Assembly (NCBI GenBank): GCA_004357495.1
Contig: SMWD01000005.1
Location: forward strand, 1 to 60,932
DNA from: Gammaproteobacteria bacterium
GTDB taxonomy: Bacteria; Pseudomonadota; Gammaproteobacteria; Steroidobacterales; GCA-2729495
DNA: 60,932 bases
Reading direction: 5' to 3'
Under the pieces are notes generated by a model. That model was not told where the DNA came from, did no database searches, and saw only the letters and a list, made by a program, of their open reading frames with translations. Below are positions 51,086-60,932 of this stretch, piece by piece. Made by a program: the position numbers and the translations under genes. Each line of letters opens with the position of its first letter. Position 1 is the first letter of the stretch.

Positions 51086-53464
51086 ATGTATCGGATCGCT
51101 CTTGTTGCCGTTGCGCTGATCTGCATGATCCCGTTCTGGCCGGCCGTACCCGTAGCGCTGACGTCGCCCGTGCTGCTCACCGGCGCAGTGCTGGCCTGCT
51201 GGGTTCTGTTCGGGCCCGGCTGCGCAATTGCGCTGGGCACCGTTGCGTGGTCGGTGCTGAATGTCGGCTGGGTGGCGGCGGACCGCCTGCATCCGGGGCT
51301 GTCCGGGCACGATATCACTATTGTCGGCACGATTTGCGAGTTTCCGCGGGCCGCGGGTAACGTGCATCGTTTCATACTGCAGGTCGCCCGCGACCCGTCC
51401 GGCGCACATTTGCCGGCGCGCGTGTCGCTCAGTTGGTATGACCCGCCCGCCGGCACGCGGCCGGCCGCCGGCCAGCGGTGGCTTCTCAAGGTGCGCCTGA
51501 AGCCCCCGCGCGGTACCCGCAACCCGGGCGCGTTCGACTTCGAGCGCTGGGTTTTTGCGCGCGGCATCGGCGCGACCGGTTATGTGCGTCGGTCGCCGCT
51601 GAATCGCCAGCTTGCCCGCGGGGTCGTGTCCTGTCCGCTGATCGCCGTGCGCCGACACCTCGCGTCCGGTGTCGAGTCAGTCAGTGAGCCTGACTGGCCG
51701 CTCCGCTACCTGCTCGCGCTGTCGGTCGGGGCGCAACACCGGCTCACGGCCGATGACTGGGGCTTGTTGCGCCGGACCGGTACGGTACACCTGATGGCGA
51801 TCTCGGGGCTGCATATCGGCCTGGTGGCGGGCCTGATGCTGTTCGTCGGCAGGTTGCTGGGGCGCCTGGCGCTGCGCGCGGGCCTGACCTGTGCGCCACT
51901 GAACGTCGGGCGCGTCAGTGCACTGGTCGGGGCAACCGGCTATGCGGCCATGGCCGGGTTCACGGTGCCGACCACCCGGGCGCTGGTCATGGTTGCGGTC
52001 TGGGTGCTGATGGCGACGGCGCGACGGTCAGTCAATCCCTGGCAGGTGTTGGGCGCCGCCGGCATCGCGGTGCTGTGGTGGGAACCGTTCGCGCCATACA
52101 ACCCCGGTTTCTGGCTGTCGTTCGGTGCGGTCTCGGTGTTGCTGCTGGCGGGCATGGCGGTCGTCACACCCATCACCGGAGCGGCGCCGCCCGCCGTGCG
52201 CGGCCGGGCATGGCAGCTCATGCGTGCGCAATTTGCTTTAAGTTTCGGTCTGGCGCCGCTCATGATGTGGTTGTTTGGCGAAATATCGCTGGTCGCACCG
52301 CTGGCGAACCTGGTGGTGATTCCGGTCTTCACCGGGCTGATCGTTCCGTTGACGTTGCTCGGCACGCTATGCCAGGCGGTCAGCCCGTGGCTGGGCAAGC
52401 CGCTGCTGGCTGCGGCTGCCTGGCTGATGCAAGCCGTTCTGGACGGACTCACGATGCTTGACGGCTGGCCGGCTTCGGTCTGGCGGCCGGCGCTGCCCGG
52501 TAGCCTCTGGATGATTGCGATCGCACTCGGCATGCTCGTCCTGATCTGGCCCCGGCCGCTGCTCGGGCGCGGCTTCGCATTGTTGCCGCTGCTTGCCGTG
52601 CTGGCCGGCGTCGCCGATCGCCAGCCGCCGCCGTTGCGACTGGTCGTCATGGATGTGGGCCAGGGGCTGGCCGTGCTCGTGCAGACCCCGCACACCGCCC
52701 TGTTGTACGACGCCGGCCCGCGCTACCGCACCGGTGACGCGGGTCAGGCCGTGGTCATCCCGGTGCTGCGCTACTTCGGTGTCGAGCGGCTCGACACGAT
52801 CGTCGTGTCCCACGGTGACGCCGACCACGCGGGCGGCGTGCGCAGTGTGCGCGCGGTCTTTCCGAACGCCCGGCTGCTGGCGACCGCTGCGGTTTTACCG
52901 GGGATCAGGCGGCGCCAGACCTGCCGCGCCGGTCTGCGTTGGCGCGACGACGGCGTGCGCTTCGAGGTGTTGCACCCGCAGGCAAGTACCCCGGGCCGAC
53001 TCGTCGATGACAACGATCACTCCTGTGTGCTGTCGATACGGCTTGGCGAGACGTCGATACTGCTGCCCGGCGATATCGAGCAGGCGGCAGAGGCGATGCT
53101 CTTGCGTCATGGGCTGCCGGGTCCTTTCTCGATCGTCGTGGCGCCCCATCACGGCAGTGCGACCTCCTCATCGGCGGCATTCGTCGCTGCCACCCGGCCC
53201 GAAATCGTGATTTTTTCAACCGGCTTCGGCAACCGCTGGCATTTCCCGGCGCAAGCCGTCGCCGTACGCTGGCACGCGCATGCCGCATGCCTGCTGAACA
53301 CCGCCGTGACCGGTGCGCTGGTGTTCGAGTTCGATACGGCCGGCCGGCTGGTACGGCAGACTGCTGCCCGCGTGGTCGGAAGACGGCTATGGACGGCGGG
53401 GAGCGCCAGCGCAGCGCTGGCCGCGTGCGGGGCCCCTACAAATTACTCCGGGCCCCGGTTATAG
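51086..53464 (+). CDS. comEC: DNA internalization-related competence protein ComEC/Rec2
   Basis: Multi-TM competence domain 'GTVHLMAISGLHIGLV'. C-terminal metallo-beta-lactamase 'VVMDVGQGLAVLVQTP...VVSHGDADHAGG...APHHGS'. ATG 51086 is preferred; the longest ORF starts at 50975. Confidence 0.9.
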   Translation: MYRIALVAVALICMIPFWPAVPVALTSPVLLTGAVLACWVLFGPGCAIALGTVAWSVLNVGWVAADRLHPGLSGHDITIVGTICEFPRAAGNVHRFILQVARDPSGAHLPARVSLSWYDPPAGTRPAAGQRWLLKVRLKPPRGTRNPGAFDFERWVFARGIGATGYVRRSPLNRQLARGVVSCPLIAVRRHLASGVESVSEPDWPLRYLLALSVGAQHRLTADDWGLLRRTGTVHLMAISGLHIGLVAGLMLFVGRLLGRLALRAGLTCAPLNVGRVSALVGATGYAAMAGFTVPTTRALVMVAVWVLMATARRSVNPWQVLGAAGIAVLWWEPFAPYNPGFWLSFGAVSVLLLAGMAVVTPITGAAPPAVRGRAWQLMRAQFALSFGLAPLMMWLFGEISLVAPLANLVVIPVFTGLIVPLTLLGTLCQAVSPWLGKPLLAAAAWLMQAVLDGLTMLDGWPASVWRPALPGSLWMIAIALGMLVLIWPRPLLGRGFALLPLLAVLAGVADRQPPPLRLVVMDVGQGLAVLVQTPHTALLYDAGPRYRTGDAGQAVVIPVLRYFGVERLDTIVVSHGDADHAGGVRSVRAVFPNARLLATAAVLPGIRRRQTCRAGLRWRDDGVRFEVLHPQASTPGRLVDDNDHSCVLSIRLGETSILLPGDIEQAAEAMLLRHGLPGPFSIVVAPHHGSATSSSAAFVAATRPEIVIFSTGFGNRWHFPAQAVAVRWHAHAACLLNTAVTGALVFEFDTAGRLVRQTAARVVGRRLWTAGSASAALAACGAPTNYSGPRL

Positions 53465-53496
53465 TGGCGCCGTTCGATTCAGGGAAGCCTCCGTAA

Positions 53497-54153
53497 ATGC
53501 TGGAGATCGTAAAGTCCGGTGGATGGTTGATGCTGCCCATCATCATCTGCTCGGTGATCGCGGCGGCCATCATTCTCGAGCGTCTGTGGACGCTGCAACC
53601 TGGTCGCGTTCTGCCGCCGGATCTGACCCGCCAGGTCTGGCAATGGGTCAGCAAGAATCAGCTCAGCCACACTCATATCGATGAGTTGCACAAGGGTTCC
53701 CCGCTCGGCGAGATACTTGCCGCAGGTTTGGCGAACCGTCATCGTGAACGCGAGGTCATCAAGGAAAGTATCGAGGATTCGGGGCGCCAGGTCGTGCATG
53801 ACCTCGAACGATTCCTGAACTCACTCGGCACGATAGCGGCGATCTCCCCGCTGCTTGGCTTGCTCGGTACTGTGATTGGCATGGTCAAGGTATTCGCTGC
53901 CATTACGACCCACGGGGTCGGCGATCCGACTGTACTGGCGGGGGGCATATCGGAGGCGCTGATTACGACGGCAGCCGGCCTGACCGTCGCGATACCGTCG
54001 CTGATTGGCTATCGCTACCTGCGCGGGCGTGTCGATGCGCTGGCGGTGCGCATGGAGAAAGAGGCCATCAGAATGGTCGAGGCGCTCATGCGCAAACAAT
54101 ATATGGATACACTCGGAGACCGGGATGAACTTGAGGCCAGGAAAGCAAACTGA
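53497..54153 (+). CDS. exbB: MotA/TolQ/ExbB-family proton channel protein
   Basis: 'GGWLMLPIIICSVIAAAIILERLW', 'LGTIAAISPLLGLLGTVIGMVKVF', 'GGISEALITTAAGLTVAIP'. Confidence 0.9.
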   Translation: MLEIVKSGGWLMLPIIICSVIAAAIILERLWTLQPGRVLPPDLTRQVWQWVSKNQLSHTHIDELHKGSPLGEILAAGLANRHREREVIKESIEDSGRQVVHDLERFLNSLGTIAAISPLLGLLGTVIGMVKVFAAITTHGVGDPTVLAGGISEALITTAAGLTVAIPSLIGYRYLRGRVDALAVRMEKEAIRMVEALMRKQYMDTLGDRDELEARKAN

Positions 54154-54553
54154 GCCCGAAATCAATCTGACGTCGCTGATCGATGTCGTGTTGCTGCTGC
54201 TGGTGTTCTTCATGGTCTCGACCAGTTTCGTGCGCGAATCCGAGCTGACGATTCGTCTGCCCGAAGTCAGCGATTCCGCGCGGGAGGTGATCGAGACGGG
54301 TGACCTTGCGATTGCGGTCACGGCCAAGGGCGCCTATTACGTCAACGGTCGTGCGCTGGTCGATAATCGGCCGATGACTTTGCGCGCCGCAATTGTAAAG
54401 CTGGTGCCGACGGTCGACGATGCGCGGCTCACGATTACCGCCGATGGTAATGCGAGTCATCAGTCGGTCGTCACGGTAATGGACGTGGCCGGCAAACTCG
54501 GTTTCGTCGATATCAGTATCTCGACCATCATCGCGACGGACGACCGCGAGTAA
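54125..54553 (+). CDS. exbD: Biopolymer transport protein ExbD/TolR
   Basis: 'EINLTSLIDVVLLLLVFFMVSTSF' from ATG 54125. 29-nt overlap with exbB. Confidence 0.88.
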   Translation: MNLRPGKQTEPEINLTSLIDVVLLLLVFFMVSTSFVRESELTIRLPEVSDSAREVIETGDLAIAVTAKGAYYVNGRALVDNRPMTLRAAIVKLVPTVDDARLTITADGNASHQSVVTVMDVAGKLGFVDISISTIIATDDRE

Positions 54554-54561
54554 CGTATCTG

Positions 54562-56367
54562 GTGTCGATAGCCGACGAAACCGCGCCACCATCCCCGGGC
54601 GCTACCGAGTTGACGCCCGGCGTCGTTTATCGCCGTCTGCTGTCGATTTGCGCGCCGCACTGGAAAAAGTTCATCGTCGCGGTCGGCGCGATGGCGGCCC
54701 TGGCGATCTCGGACACCGGCTTCGCCTTTCTGATGAACAACCTGATCCAGGTACTGGATCCGGACGGGCTGACTGCCGGGCAACAGGCCACACGACGCTG
54801 GCTGCCGGCTGCCATCTTGTTGCTGTTTATTATTCGCGGACTGGGTTCGTTCGTGTCGGCTTACATGCTGGGCTGGATCGGGCGGAATGTCATCAAGGTG
54901 CTGCGTGGACAGGCGTTCGAGAAATTCCTGCGCCTGCCGACGACGTTCTTTGATAGCCAGTCCGCCGGCGAGTTGTTGTCGAAGCTGACGTTCAATGTCG
55001 AGTTGGTTGCCGAGGCGACATCCAACGCCGTCACGGTGTTCGTTCGTGACACGCTGACGGTTATCTGCCTGCTGGCCTACATGATTTACCTGAGCCCCCC
55101 GCTGACCGCGATATTGCTCGTGACCGGGCCGCTGATGGCGTTCGTCATCGCGTTCCTCAGCCGCCTGTTCAGGCGCCACAGTGCCCGTATTCAGACTTCG
55201 ATCGGCGAGGTTGCGAGGATTGCCGAGGAGGCCGTGCAGGCACATCGGATCGTCAAGATTTTCGGGGGCCAGCGCTACGAGAGCAATCGATTCGCCGCGG
55301 TCAACGACAAAAATATGCGCCTGAACCTTCGACTCATCGTGGCTCGATCGGGTGGCGACGCGTTGACTAATCTGGTGATTGCCTGCGGCGTGGCCGGGGT
55401 CATGTATTTCGTGATGATCGAGTCCGTGCGGCCGCCCACCGAAGGCGACCTGGTCGGCTTTATTACCGCCATGGTGTTCCTGCTCCGGCCGGTCCGGCAA
55501 CTTACCAATGTCAATCTCACGATTCAACGGGGGATCGCGGCCGGCACGAGTATTTTCGAATTACTCGATGAGCCCGAGGAGCAGGATCAAGGTGTCTATA
55601 CGACCGAGCGAGCCGCAGGCCGGGTCGAATTTCGCGCTGTCAACTTCACCTATTCGGAGCCCAAAGGTGCCGTGTTGCGCGACATTGACCTTGACGTCCC
55701 GGCCGGCCAGACGCTTGCGATCGTCGGCCGGTCCGGCAGCGGCAAGTCGACGCTGGTGAGCCTGTTACCGCGTTTCTATGACGTGACATCCGGTGATATT
55801 CTTATCGACGGCCATACTTTGGCGGATTACCGGCTGGAGACGCTGCGTGACCAGATCAGTCTGGTCAGCCAGGAAGTCGTATTGTTCAACGACACGATTG
55901 CCAACAACATCGCGTACGGCGGACTTGGCGACCTGGGCCGCGAGGCCATCGAGACGGCCGCGCGGGCAGCCCATGTCATCGAGTTTACCTCGCAGATGCC
56001 CGACGGACTCGATACCGAGGTTGGCGATCGCGGCGTGTTGCTGTCGGGTGGTCAACGACAGCGTATCGCCATTGCAAGGGCCCTGTTAAAGAATGCGCCC
56101 ATATTGATTCTAGACGAGGCTACATCGGCACTCGATACGGAATCGGAGCGGCACATTCAGCTGGCGTTGCAGAAACTGATGACCAATCGCACGACCTTCG
56201 TCATCGCGCATCGGCTGTCGACGGTCGAAAATGCCGATCGCATTATCGTCATGTCGGATGGCCGGATTATCGAGCAGGGGTCCCACCAGGAGTTGCTGGC
56301 GAGCGGTGGTCAATACGCCAGCCTGTACCGCATGCAGTTCACGGATGAGCCGGCACACACAAATTAG
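54562..56367 (+). CDS. msbA: Lipid A export ATP-binding/permease protein MsbA
   Basis: Six-TM ABC exporter domain plus 'GRSGSGKSTLVSLL', 'LSGGQRQRIAIARALL', 'ILILDEATSALD'. GTG start. Confidence 0.95.
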   Translation: MSIADETAPPSPGATELTPGVVYRRLLSICAPHWKKFIVAVGAMAALAISDTGFAFLMNNLIQVLDPDGLTAGQQATRRWLPAAILLLFIIRGLGSFVSAYMLGWIGRNVIKVLRGQAFEKFLRLPTTFFDSQSAGELLSKLTFNVELVAEATSNAVTVFVRDTLTVICLLAYMIYLSPPLTAILLVTGPLMAFVIAFLSRLFRRHSARIQTSIGEVARIAEEAVQAHRIVKIFGGQRYESNRFAAVNDKNMRLNLRLIVARSGGDALTNLVIACGVAGVMYFVMIESVRPPTEGDLVGFITAMVFLLRPVRQLTNVNLTIQRGIAAGTSIFELLDEPEEQDQGVYTTERAAGRVEFRAVNFTYSEPKGAVLRDIDLDVPAGQTLAIVGRSGSGKSTLVSLLPRFYDVTSGDILIDGHTLADYRLETLRDQISLVSQEVVLFNDTIANNIAYGGLGDLGREAIETAARAAHVIEFTSQMPDGLDTEVGDRGVLLSGGQRQRIAIARALLKNAPILILDEATSALDTESERHIQLALQKLMTNRTTFVIAHRLSTVENADRIIVMSDGRIIEQGSHQELLASGGQYASLYRMQFTDEPAHTN

Positions 56368-57412
56368 ACATCCGGCCGGCATCGAGCGGCGGATCGAGCG
56401 GCTCTGGTACGGCGATTCCGTCATCGGCAAGGCGGTCAGCCTGGCGATGTTGCCGTTCAGCCTGATGTTTCACATCGTCGTTGCGCTGCGCAGGTTGGCT
56501 TATCACCGCGGTTGGTTCGCCTCGACCCGCATCGCCGTTCCGGTTGTTGTTGTCGGCAACATTGTCGTCGGCGGTACCGGCAAGACGCCGCTGGTCGCAG
56601 CGTTCGTGCAGCGTCTGACCGGGCAGGGGATTCGGGTCGGCATCGTCAGTCGCGGTTACGGTCGCGCCACCGACCGCGGCCCCGTAATCGTCGCCCCGGA
56701 CAGTACCGTAGCCGACGTCGGCGATGAACCGCTGCTGCTGGCCCGGCGCACCGGTGTGCCGGTTTGCGTGTGCCGGGATCGGATCGCGGCGGCAAACATG
56801 CTGGTGCGCGAGGCCGATGTCGAGATCATTTTTTCCGACGACGGCCTCCAGCATTATCGGCTGCGCCGCGATCTCGAGATTGCGGTGATCGATGGAGTGC
56901 GCGGCATCGGCAACGGTTTCATGCTGCCGGCGGGGCCAATGCGTGAGCCGGCGGGCCGACTCGACGCGGTGGATTTCGTATTCGTCAACGGCAGGCCCGG
57001 TACCATCGACGGACTGGGTTTGGATGGCCGGGCCTTCGACGCGCACGCCTTCGAACTGGAGCCCGATGGGGTTATCGCGCTCGATGGCATCAGTACCGGG
57101 CGCCTGGAAAGGTTTGCCGGGCAGCGGGTCTGGGCGCTGGCCGGGATCGGCAATCCGCAACGATTCTTTACGATGCTGGCGTCGGCCGGCATCGATGCGC
57201 TGCCGGTCGACGTGCCTGATCACGGCCGTGTTTCGCTGTCGCAATTGCGTGATCGGCACGCTTGGCCGATTTTGATGACCGAGAAGGACGCCGTAAAATA
57301 CCCGGGTAAACCGGTTGCCGATGCATGGTATGTGCCGGTCGACGCGCGGATGGCGCCCGACAGCGAGGCGATCGTCATGCGGCGCATGCAACAATTGCTG
57401 AGGCAGGTCTGA
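56345..57412 (+). CDS. lpxK: Tetraacyldisaccharide 4'-kinase
   Basis: 'VPVVVVGNIVVGGTGKTPLV', 'IVSRGYG', 'GDEPLLLA', 'SDDGLQH'. 23-nt overlap with msbA. Confidence 0.9.
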   Translation: MSRHTQIRHPAGIERRIERLWYGDSVIGKAVSLAMLPFSLMFHIVVALRRLAYHRGWFASTRIAVPVVVVGNIVVGGTGKTPLVAAFVQRLTGQGIRVGIVSRGYGRATDRGPVIVAPDSTVADVGDEPLLLARRTGVPVCVCRDRIAAANMLVREADVEIIFSDDGLQHYRLRRDLEIAVIDGVRGIGNGFMLPAGPMREPAGRLDAVDFVFVNGRPGTIDGLGLDGRAFDAHAFELEPDGVIALDGISTGRLERFAGQRVWALAGIGNPQRFFTMLASAGIDALPVDVPDHGRVSLSQLRDRHAWPILMTEKDAVKYPGKPVADAWYVPVDARMAPDSEAIVMRRMQQLLRQV

Positions 57413-57459
57413 TATGGAATTCCGACGGCGTATTCGACCATTAGCGGGGCCGCTGTGAT

Positions 57460-58209
57460 ATGGATTTTCGAGTTGTCATTCCGGTACGTTACGCATCGAC
57501 GCGCTTTCCCGGCAAGGCGTTGGCCGATCTGGCCGGGCAGCCGGTTATTCAGCACGTGTATCGGCGGGCGCAGGAGAGCGGCGCGCGCGAGATTCTGATT
57601 GCCACCGACGATCAGCGCATCGCCGATGTGGCGCAGGCGTTCGGGGCCGAGGTCATCATGACGAGCACGGAGCATGTATCCGGCACCGATCGCATCGCGG
57701 CGGTCCTCGGGCAGCGAGGCTGGCCCGAGGACGATATCGTCGTCAACGTGCAGGGTGATGCACCGCTGATTCCGGGGCGCAGTATCACGCAGGTTGCAAC
57801 GCTGCTGGCCGGGCATCGGTCGGCGGCAATGGCGACGTTGTGCGTGCCGCTTGCCGATGAAGCGGAGTATTGCGACCCGAATGTCGTCAAGGTGATTTTC
57901 GATGAGACTGGGCGCGCGCTGTACTTCAGCCGGGCATCGATACCGGCGCGGACGCGCAATCATCAGGGGGTACCGTCGGCGTGGCGCCACATCGGTTTGT
58001 ACGCCTATCGCGTCGATGCGCTGAAGACATTGGCGTCGGTGGGGCCCTGCATGCTGGAGCAGACCGAGCAACTCGAGCAATTACGGGCGCTGTGGCACGG
58101 GCTCGAGATTCGGGTCGGAATCGCAGCGGAAGCACTCGGCCCGGACGTCGATACGCCCGAGGATCTGGCCGCTGCCGCCGAGTTCATCGCCCGTCAGCCG
58201 GCCTCGTGA
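57460..58209 (+). CDS. kdsB: 3-deoxy-manno-octulosonate cytidylyltransferase
   Basis: 'VVIPVRYASTRFPGKALADLAGQPVIQHVY', 'VNVQGDAPLI', 'LEQLRALWHG'. Confidence 0.95.
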   Translation: MDFRVVIPVRYASTRFPGKALADLAGQPVIQHVYRRAQESGAREILIATDDQRIADVAQAFGAEVIMTSTEHVSGTDRIAAVLGQRGWPEDDIVVNVQGDAPLIPGRSITQVATLLAGHRSAAMATLCVPLADEAEYCDPNVVKVIFDETGRALYFSRASIPARTRNHQGVPSAWRHIGLYAYRVDALKTLASVGPCMLEQTEQLEQLRALWHGLEIRVGIAAEALGPDVDTPEDLAAAAEFIARQPAS

Positions 58210-58276
58210 CGTGGCGGCGTTCCGCAGGTATCGTACGCTCTGATCCCGCCGCTGATTTACCGGAGAGTTTCCGATC

Positions 58277-58768
58277 GTGCCCGACCGCAAAGATGACTGC
58301 CCCGGTATTCTTTTCGTGTGCATGGGTAATATTTGCCGGTCGCCGCTGGCCGAGGGCATATTCCGGCATCGCCTGGCCGAGCGTGCCGCTCACCTGAAGG
58401 TGACGATCGATTCGGCCGGCACGCACAGCTACCACGTCGGCGATCCGCCCGATCCCCGGGCGCAGACGGCAGCCGCCCGGCGTGGCATCGACATATCGAT
58501 GCTGGGCGCGCGCAAGGTCGTGGAGGCCGACTTCGAGCGGTTCGACTATATCCTGGTCATGGACGAGGACAACCGGCGCGCGCTGTTGCAATGCTCGCAG
58601 CCGGAGTATCACGCCAAGGTCCGGCTGTTGCTCGAATATTCACGCGCTAACCCCGGTGCCGAAGTGCCCGACCCGTATTACGGCGGTCCGGCGGGATTCG
58701 AACGGGTCATCGACCTGATCGAAGAGGCCACTGAAGGCCTCCTCGATGAGCTGATTCAGGTGCAATAA
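58277..58768 (+). CDS. Low-molecular-weight protein-tyrosine phosphatase
   Basis: P-loop 'ILFVCMGNICRSPLAEG' (CX5R-S) and 'VPDPYYG'. Confidence 0.9.
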   Translation: MPDRKDDCPGILFVCMGNICRSPLAEGIFRHRLAERAAHLKVTIDSAGTHSYHVGDPPDPRAQTAAARRGIDISMLGARKVVEADFERFDYILVMDEDNRRALLQCSQPEYHAKVRLLLEYSRANPGAEVPDPYYGGPAGFERVIDLIEEATEGLLDELIQVQ

Positions 58769-58782
58769 CGCCTTAAGCCTTG

Positions 58783-60932
58783 TTAATGGTCGCGGCGCGA
58801 ATCCGGCTTGTCGTTGCCCGAGGACCAGACCGTGCGGCTGTCGTCGCTCTTCGGTGTTTCCCACGGCAACTTGCGATCGGCGTCCGCCCGCTTGGGTTCC
58901 ACCGCGCGCTGCGGCGTGTCGGATGTTTTGTCCTGCGTTGCCGGCGCCGCTGTGCTTGGCGTACCTGCTGCCGGTACAGACGGGGCCGGGGCGGCATTTG
59001 CCGCCTCGGGTCGCGGTTGCGGCGCTGATGGTGCGGACTGACCGTGCGCGGGTTGCGGCTGAGCAGCCGGGCGTTCGGGCGCGGTTTGCGGCGGTGCTGC
59101 TGGCGGCGGCGGCGTGGCCGGTCGCTCGGCAGCCGGTGGCTGTTGGGGCCGTGCCTGCTCCGAATTCCTGCGGTTGCCATCCACATCCGGTTGGGTAGGT
59201 ACCTCGCTGCGCGGCTTTGCTACGTTACCGGATTCCGACGCGGACGACCCAGCCTGCGGCTGGCCGTCCTGGTTCCTGCCACGCGGGTGTTGATCCGGTG
59301 TTCCCGGTTGGTCGCGACCCTGATCCTGCGCGGCATTTTCACCTCCTCTGCGCCGCGGCCGGCGGCGGCGGCGGGGCCGCGAGTTCGGCGCTTTGGCCTG
59401 GCTCTGATCGCCGTCACCCGGCAGATTCTTCTGTGCCGGGTCGGCCCCTTCGTGCTGCCGGGGTTCGGGTTTGCCGCCGTCCCGGGCCTGATTGTCACGG
59501 GCTGGCTTGTCACGGGCCTGATCGTCGCGTGACGGGTTGTTGCGATTGCGCGCGCGCGCGTCCCGGTTGCGGCCCTCTTGGGACTGGCCGCCGCGACCCT
59601 GGCCTTCACCGCGTCGCCGACGGCCGCCGCGACCACCGCGCCCGCGCCCGGGTTCGTCATCCGGGCGGCGTTGGCCGGATGATCTGCGCGTCTGTTGTGG
59701 CTGCGTCTTTGGCGGCTTCTCTGCCGGTGTGTCCGGGTCGCCGGATAATGCCTTGATGATTCGCGTAAACAGCCCGGGCTTCTTGTCCCGGTCGGCGGCC
59801 GGCGTCGCCGGCCTGGCTCGCGGGGCCGGGGCCGGTGTTTTCGGCTCCGTCATCTGCACCATGGGGACTTCCGGCGTAACCTCCGTATGGATCGACAGGG
59901 CGAGCGTGGTCTCGTCGAGCGCGCCCTCTGCAGCCACGAGGCTGTAGCTCGCGCCGGAATTTTCGGTCAGCACGGTCTGGTCTTCACGCACCCGGCGAAT
60001 CGAGTAATTGGGCGTTTCCAGGCCCGGATTCGCGACCAGAATAGCCTGAATGTTGTTGCGTTCTTCGATATGCCGGATCCAGTCGCGCTTCTCGTTCAGC
60101 AGGTAGGTTGCGACGTCGATTGGCAGTTGCGCGATAATCTTCGCCGTCTGGTCCTTGCGGGCTTCCTCACCGATCAGTCGCAGGATTGACAGGGCCAGCG
60201 ATTCGACACCGCGGATGTTGCCGATACCGTTACAGCGCGGGCAGACGAGATGCGCCGATTCGCCGAGCGACGGTCGCAGCCGCTGGCGTGACAATTCGAG
60301 CAGACCGAACCGTGAGATCTTGCCGATCTGGACGCGGGCCCGGTCGTTTTTGACCGCCGCACGCAGTCGGTTTTCGACGTCTCGCTGGTTTTTCGACGGA
60401 CCCATGTCGATGAAGTCGATGACCAGCAGACCGCCGAGGTCGCGCAGCCGGAACTGGCGGGCAATTTCGTCGGCAGCTTCCAGATTCGTCGACACCGCCG
60501 TGGCCTCGATATCGGCGCCTTTGGTTGCGCGCGCCGAGTTGATATCGATCGATACCAGCGCCTCGGTGTGATCGATGACAATACTGCCGCCGGACGGCAG
60601 GTTGACGCTGTGCGCGAAGGCCGATTCGATCTGGCTCTCGATCTGGAAGCGGGTAAACAGCGGTGTGGGATCGTCGTAGAACTTCAACTTGTTTTGGTTG
60701 TGCGGCATCGCGTGTGCCATGAATTCGCGCGCTTCGTTGAACGTGTCGGCGTTGTCGATCAGGATCTCACCAATTTCCGATGACAGATGGTCGCGGATGG
60801 CGCGAATGATCGCGTTGCTGTCCTGGAAGATCAGCGTCGGCCCGGAGGACTGTACGACGGCGGTTTTAATCGACTCCCAGATGCCCATCAGGTAATCGAG
60901 GTCCCAGTTCAGTTCTTCATCCGAGCGCCCCA
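58783..60932 (-). CDS. rne: Ribonuclease E (N-terminal ~230 aa lie beyond the window end)
   Basis: '[23 protein letters not shown]', '[26 protein letters not shown]', '[21 protein letters not shown]', Zn-link 'CPRCNGIG'. Followed by a long Arg/Pro/Gln-rich scaffold tail. The frame stays open to the window edge. Confidence 0.93.
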   Translation of the reverse strand, partial: GRSDEELNWDLDYLMGIWESIKTAVVQSSGPTLIFQDSNAIIRAIRDHLSSEIGEILIDNADTFNEAREFMAHAMPHNQNKLKFYDDPTPLFTRFQIESQIESAFAHSVNLPSGGSIVIDHTEALVSIDINSARATKGADIEATAVSTNLEAADEIARQFRLRDLGGLLVIDFIDMGPSKNQRDVENRLRAAVKNDRARVQIGKISRFGLLELSRQRLRPSLGESAHLVCPRCNGIGNIRGVESLALSILRLIGEEARKDQTAKIIAQLPIDVATYLLNEKRDWIRHIEERNNIQAILVANPGLETPNYSIRRVREDQTVLTENSGASYSLVAAEGALDETTLALSIHTEVTPEVPMVQMTEPKTPAPAPRARPATPAADRDKKPGLFTRIIKALSGDPDTPAEKPPKTQPQQTRRSSGQRRPDDEPGRGRGGRGGRRRRGEGQGRGGQSQEGRNRDARARNRNNPSRDDQARDKPARDNQARDGGKPEPRQHEGADPAQKNLPGDGDQSQAKAPNSRPRRRRRPRRRGGENAAQDQGRDQPGTPDQHPRGRNQDGQPQAGSSASESGNVAKPRSEVPTQPDVDGNRRNSEQARPQQPPAAERPATPPPPAAPPQTAPERPAAQPQPAHGQSAPSAPQPRPEAANAAPAPSVPAAGTPSTAAPATQDKTSDTPQRAVEPKRADADRKLPWETPKSDDSRTVWSSGNDKPDSRRDH

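Overview
This is a high-G+C gammaproteobacterial chromosomal core region. It is almost entirely collinear housekeeping operons, with most genes on the + strand. In order: dnaE(3' part)-accA-tilS-pyrG-kdsA-eno-ftsB-truD | smr(-) | surE-pcm-yqaA-nlpD | Mth938-like(-) | recJ-prfB(+1 frameshift)-lysS | low-GC islet (FetB-like permease, decayed FapA gene) | ygfZ(-) | DUF1674-sdhCDAB-sdhE | rpoE-rseABC-glutaredoxin-like-lepA-lepB-DUF4845-rnc-era-recO-pdxJ-acpS-exonuclease-rlmD | nagZ-PRTase-MTA/MTI phosphorylase | PAS-GGDEF | CsiV-like(-)-mfd(-) | small secreted protein(-) | lolC-lolE-lolD | low-GC three-gene islet(-) | DUF2062(-) | comEC-exbB-exbD-msbA-lpxK-kdsB-LMW-PTP | rne(-, 5' part outside the window). 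I found no rRNA, tRNA, CRISPR array, transposase, integrase or recognisable defence system. All calls rest on motifs I can read in the supplied translations and on conserved gene order; no searches were run. Many longest ORFs in the track overshoot into the upstream gene, so I trimmed them to the start that fits the family N-terminus, often a 4-nt ATGA overlap. I see no clear-cut novel system. The best candidates for follow-up are: (1) a low-GC three-gene secreted/membrane module between lolD and DUF2062/comEC; (2) an AT-rich dispersed element present at three junctions between core and accessory DNA; (3) three imperfect ~22-bp direct repeats with GGAGG-like cores plus a terminator-like hairpin in the convergent spacer after nlpD; (4) a degenerate GGDEF protein with an intact I-site inserted in the nagZ-mfd block; (5) a CptA/YgfX-like ORF without transmembrane segments after sdhE.
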